Shown here: positions 22,796 through 25,726 of the stretch, piece by piece
Layout of the letters: each line of letters opens with the position of its first letter
Numbering within the stretch: position 1 is the stretch's first letter
From: Methanobacteriota archaeon
Lineage (GTDB): Archaea; Thermoplasmatota; DTKX01; GCA-020343715
Length of the DNA stretch: 25,726 nt
Reading direction: 5' to 3'
Assembly (NCBI GenBank): GCA_030597775.1
Contig: JAUVRF010000001.1
Span: 1 to 25,726, forward strand
Position numbers and translations under genes: made by a program
Notes under the pieces: generated by a model
What the model was told of the DNA's origin: nothing
What the model saw: only the letters and a program-made list of their open reading frames with translations
Databases searched by the model: none

Positions 22796-24760
22796 ATGTT
22801 CGAGCTGGTGGACCGGGACTGCACCGGCCGCATTGGCATTCTCCACACCCCCCACGGCAAGGTCCGCACCCCCGCCCTCCTGCCCGTCGTCAATCCCCAC
22901 AAGGTGACCATATCTCCCGAGGACCTCCACGGGAAGTTCGGCTTCCAGGCCCTCATCACGAACTCGTACATAATCCGCAAGGACGATCACCTGCGGGAGC
23001 GAGCCCTCGCGGGGGGCATCCACGACCTGCTCGGCTTCCATGGCATGGTGATGACCGATTCGGGCACCTTCCAGGCCCACGTCTACGGCAAGGAAGGGGT
23101 GACCAACGAGGAGATCGTCTCCTTCCAGCGGGACATGGGTGTCGACGTGGGCACGGCCCTGGACGTCTTCACCGAACCATGGGGCGGGCTCGAAAAGGCC
23201 CGGGAGGGGATGGAGGAGACCCTGAGAAGGGTCGAGGAGGCCTCCACCTTGCGAGGCGAGATGGCCCTCGCGGGCACCGTCCAGGGAGGTGTATTCCCCA
23301 GCCTGCGGGAGGAGATGGCCGCCCGTCTGGGAGAGATGGACGTTCAGGTCCACCCCATAGGCGGCGTCGTGCCCATCATGGAGAGCTACGCCTACCGGGA
23401 CCTGGTCAGGGTCATCCTCGCTGCCAAGCGGGGATTGCCCCCGGGAAGGCCGGTGCACCTGTTCGGCGCTGGCCACCCCATGGTCTTCGCCCTCGCCACC
23501 CTGATGGGATGCGACCTCTTCGACAGCTCCTCGTACGCCAAGTACGCCCATGCGGGACGGATGATGTATCCCGACGGAACGCGGCACCTCAAGGACCTGG
23601 GAGAGAGCCCCTGCGGTTGCCCGGTGTGTCGCGAGCACGACGGGGCCAGCCTCCGGGCGCTGCCCGAAGGTGAGAGGGAGGTCAAGCTCGCCGAGCACAA
23701 CCTCTGGGCCTGCCAGGACGAGCTCCGGATCGTGCGTGAGTCCATCCGCGAGGGGGCGTTGTGGGACCTGGTGGACCGGCGCTCCCGCGCCCACCCCCGC
23801 CTGTTCGAGGGCTACAAGGAGCTGTGCCTGCAGGCCGGCCAGCTCGAGCCCTACGAGTCCACCTCCAAGCCCTCACCCCTGTTCTACACGGACCACCTCT
23901 CCATGAGGCGGCCCCTGGTCATGCGCTACGCACGCCGTGTGTTCTCCCGTTACCGACCCCCGGAGAAGCGGGTGCTGGTGGGCTTCGAGGAGGGATCCCG
24001 GCCCTACGGACGCCACTACGCCGACGCGATGGCCAAGGTGCTAAAGGTCGCGGACTCCCACTTCAACGTCCAGACGGTCCTCGGCCCGGTCCCCATCGAG
24101 CTGGACGAGTTCTATCCCGTGGCCCAGACGGTGGAGGCCGCTCCATGGGACGACCAGACCGTCAAGCGGGTCAATCACATGATGGAGCATCTTTCCCACA
24201 ACCTCCGGAACTCCCTGGCCGTCATGTGGGACGGGGACGAGACCCTGGACATGCTCCGCATGATGGAGGGCCGTGGAGGGAGCTTCGACATCATGACCGC
24301 CCGGGCCCGGGCGACGGCGGACATGCAGTTCGGCGGTGGCGCGGCGGACGTGCTGATGGACGGGGACATGGAGCTTGTCACCTCCAAGAAGACGGGCAAG
24401 CTCCGCAATGTCATCGTGAATGGCGAGCACATCCTCTCGATGCGCGCCCACGACGGTATGTACACATTGAAGCTGGCGGGGGCACAGAAGCTCCATGCCG
24501 CATGGGCCTCGCCCCGGCTCCGGGTGATAGTGGACGAGGACGCCGCGCCCTACGCCAGGGAGGGCAAGTCGGTCTTCGCCCAGTTCGTGGTGGACGCCGA
24601 CGAGGAGATCCGGCCCGGCGACGAGGTGCTGGTGGTGGACCAGGCCGACCAGTTGCTCGCCGTGGGAAGAACGCTGCTGAACCGCCGTGAGATGCTCTCG
24701 TTCCAGAAGGGGATGGCAGCCAAGGTGAGGAAGGGAACGGCATCGGAGGATGACCGATAG
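22796..24760 (+). CDS. tgtA: Archaeosine tRNA-guanine(15) transglycosylase with a C-terminal PUA domain
   Basis: TP.LLPV.NP, ITNSYII, MTDSG.FQ, PIGGVVP.MESY, HLFGAGHP, GCDLFDS, Zn site CGCPVC...HNL, and PUA G.SVFA.FV...D..IRPGDEVLVV. Confidence 0.97.
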   Translation: MFELVDRDCTGRIGILHTPHGKVRTPALLPVVNPHKVTISPEDLHGKFGFQALITNSYIIRKDDHLRERALAGGIHDLLGFHGMVMTDSGTFQAHVYGKEGVTNEEIVSFQRDMGVDVGTALDVFTEPWGGLEKAREGMEETLRRVEEASTLRGEMALAGTVQGGVFPSLREEMAARLGEMDVQVHPIGGVVPIMESYAYRDLVRVILAAKRGLPPGRPVHLFGAGHPMVFALATLMGCDLFDSSSYAKYAHAGRMMYPDGTRHLKDLGESPCGCPVCREHDGASLRALPEGEREVKLAEHNLWACQDELRIVRESIREGALWDLVDRRSRAHPRLFEGYKELCLQAGQLEPYESTSKPSPLFYTDHLSMRRPLVMRYARRVFSRYRPPEKRVLVGFEEGSRPYGRHYADAMAKVLKVADSHFNVQTVLGPVPIELDEFYPVAQTVEAAPWDDQTVKRVNHMMEHLSHNLRNSLAVMWDGDETLDMLRMMEGRGGSFDIMTARARATADMQFGGGAADVLMDGDMELVTSKKTGKLRNVIVNGEHILSMRAHDGMYTLKLAGAQKLHAAWASPRLRVIVDEDAAPYAREGKSVFAQFVVDADEEIRPGDEVLVVDQADQLLAVGRTLLNRREMLSFQKGMAAKVRKGTASEDDR

Positions 24761-24834
24761 GACCGGTATTCGGAGGTCGCGCCGGGGCCCTAGACCCCGC
24801 AACATTGTGTCGTAGCACGTTCACCGACCTCATG

Positions 24835-24863
24835 GAAAAGTATTCATTATGGGCGGACATTAT
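24835..24863 (+). promoter_or_regulatory. Candidate promoter or operator of the TA pair
   Basis: GAAAAG-TATTCATTAT, with CATTAT repeated at 24845 and 24858. Confidence 0.25.
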
Positions 24864-24915
24864 TGAACTGGGCACCTGACCAGGAGCCGACACCACGACC
24901 TGCCGGGGGATTCTG

Positions 24916-25266
24916 ATGGAGAAGACACGGGAAGCAGCTGATCAGGGTTCGAACATCCCTCCGCGGTTGCAGAGGTTGTTCTGGGACCACGACCCGGATT
25001 CCATCGATCTTGACCGCCATCGACGTCAGGTCATCCGTCGCATCCTGACCAGGGGCGACTGGGAGGCCATCCAGTGGTTGCGAGGCGAGGTAGGTGACGA
25101 TGGATGGAGGGATTGGTTCGAGGAGACCAGGGGAAGAGGTCTTGACCCCCGTAGGCTCCGGTTCTGGGAGGTCGTACTCGGTCTTACGAAGGACGATGTC
25201 GACCTTTGGATCGAGGCCACCAAGAACGACCCATGGTACGGGAGGGCATACAATGGACCTGCATGA
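24916..25266 (+). CDS. DUF6922-type putative antitoxin
   Basis: LFWD.D...D...H...VI.RIL..G.W.AI.WL....G.....W......L..R.L.FW...L, directly upstream of an AbiEii-type gene. Confidence 0.8.
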   Translation: MEKTREAADQGSNIPPRLQRLFWDHDPDSIDLDRHRRQVIRRILTRGDWEAIQWLRGEVGDDGWRDWFEETRGRGLDPRRLRFWEVVLGLTKDDVDLWIEATKNDPWYGRAYNGPA

Positions 25267-25726
25267 GACCGTGCTCGACGCCTCGACCCGCGAGGCGTTG
25301 ATGGAGCTGGGGCCTGTTATGACCGAGAGAGGTCTCTATCTCGGGGGTGGAACCGCGGTGGCCCTTCATCTGGGTCACAGGAGGTCCCAGGATCTGGACT
25401 GGTTCTCGGAGCGCAGGCTTCCCGACATCATGGTCCTCGTATCGGACCTCGAGGCCGCGGGCATCGATGTCAGCGTGGCCAGCGTGGAGAGGGGAACCCT
25501 ACACTGCACGGTCATGGATGTGCCGGTCAGCGTGTTCGAGTATCCGTATCCCCTTCTCAAGAACACCACGACCTCGGTCGAACTCGGATACCGACTAGCA
25601 TCCCTCGAGGACCTGGCCGCGATGAAGATCTCTGCCATCACCCAGCGCGGTTCGGGAAAGGACTTTCTGGACGTATTGGCCATGATCCGTTCCGGTCGGG
25701 ACCTGCCGTCGATGCTCGACCTCTAC
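25253..25726 (+). CDS. AbiEii/AbiGii-family nucleotidyltransferase toxin, 3'-truncated (absent from the ORF track)
   Basis: MDLHETVLD...LYLGGGTAVALHLGHRRSQDLDWFS...ASLEDLAAMKISAITQRG..KDF.D. RBS GGAGG upstream, 14-nt overlap with the antitoxin, and the frame is open to the window end. Confidence 0.92.
   Translation, partial: MDLHETVLDASTREALMELGPVMTERGLYLGGGTAVALHLGHRRSQDLDWFSERRLPDIMVLVSDLEAAGIDVSVASVERGTLHCTVMDVPVSVFEYPYPLLKNTTTSVELGYRLASLEDLAAMKISAITQRGSGKDFLDVLAMIRSGRDLPSMLDLY

Noticed and set aside
24761-25726. Mobile element or prophage boundary at the TA pair
   Set aside because: No integrase, transposase, terminal repeats or tRNA att site is visible within the window.

Overview
GC-rich archaeal chromosomal DNA. 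The thermosome, archaeal TyrRS, archaeosine TGT, DUF835, BRE/TATA promoters and GGAGGTGA-type RBS point to Thermoplasmatota (inference). About 24 real genes; most other ORFs in the track are GC-driven shadow frames. Housekeeping genes: thermosome 3' end, pcm, ugd-like, rhomboid, DUF368, M29-like aminopeptidase, tyrS, tgtA. There are also two single-pass PKD surface proteins and a DUF6922/AbiEii toxin-antitoxin pair cut by the window end. Two loci stand out. (1) A four-gene operon: Rab-like GTPase, V4R-DUF835, V4R, Roadblock/LC7. It pairs a small GTPase with the folds that act as GTPase regulators elsewhere. (2) An intact, translationally coupled nuoA-B-CD-H-I-like operon that stops before J/K/L/M/N and has lost the quinone-binding and E-channel residues while keeping the NuoI Fe-S ligands. 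Two real genes are missing from the ORF track: a 58-aa membrane protein (9322..9498) and the AbiEii toxin (25253..end). Several single-residue motif oddities look like T>G base-call errors and need read-level checking. All family assignments come from motif recall, not database searches.
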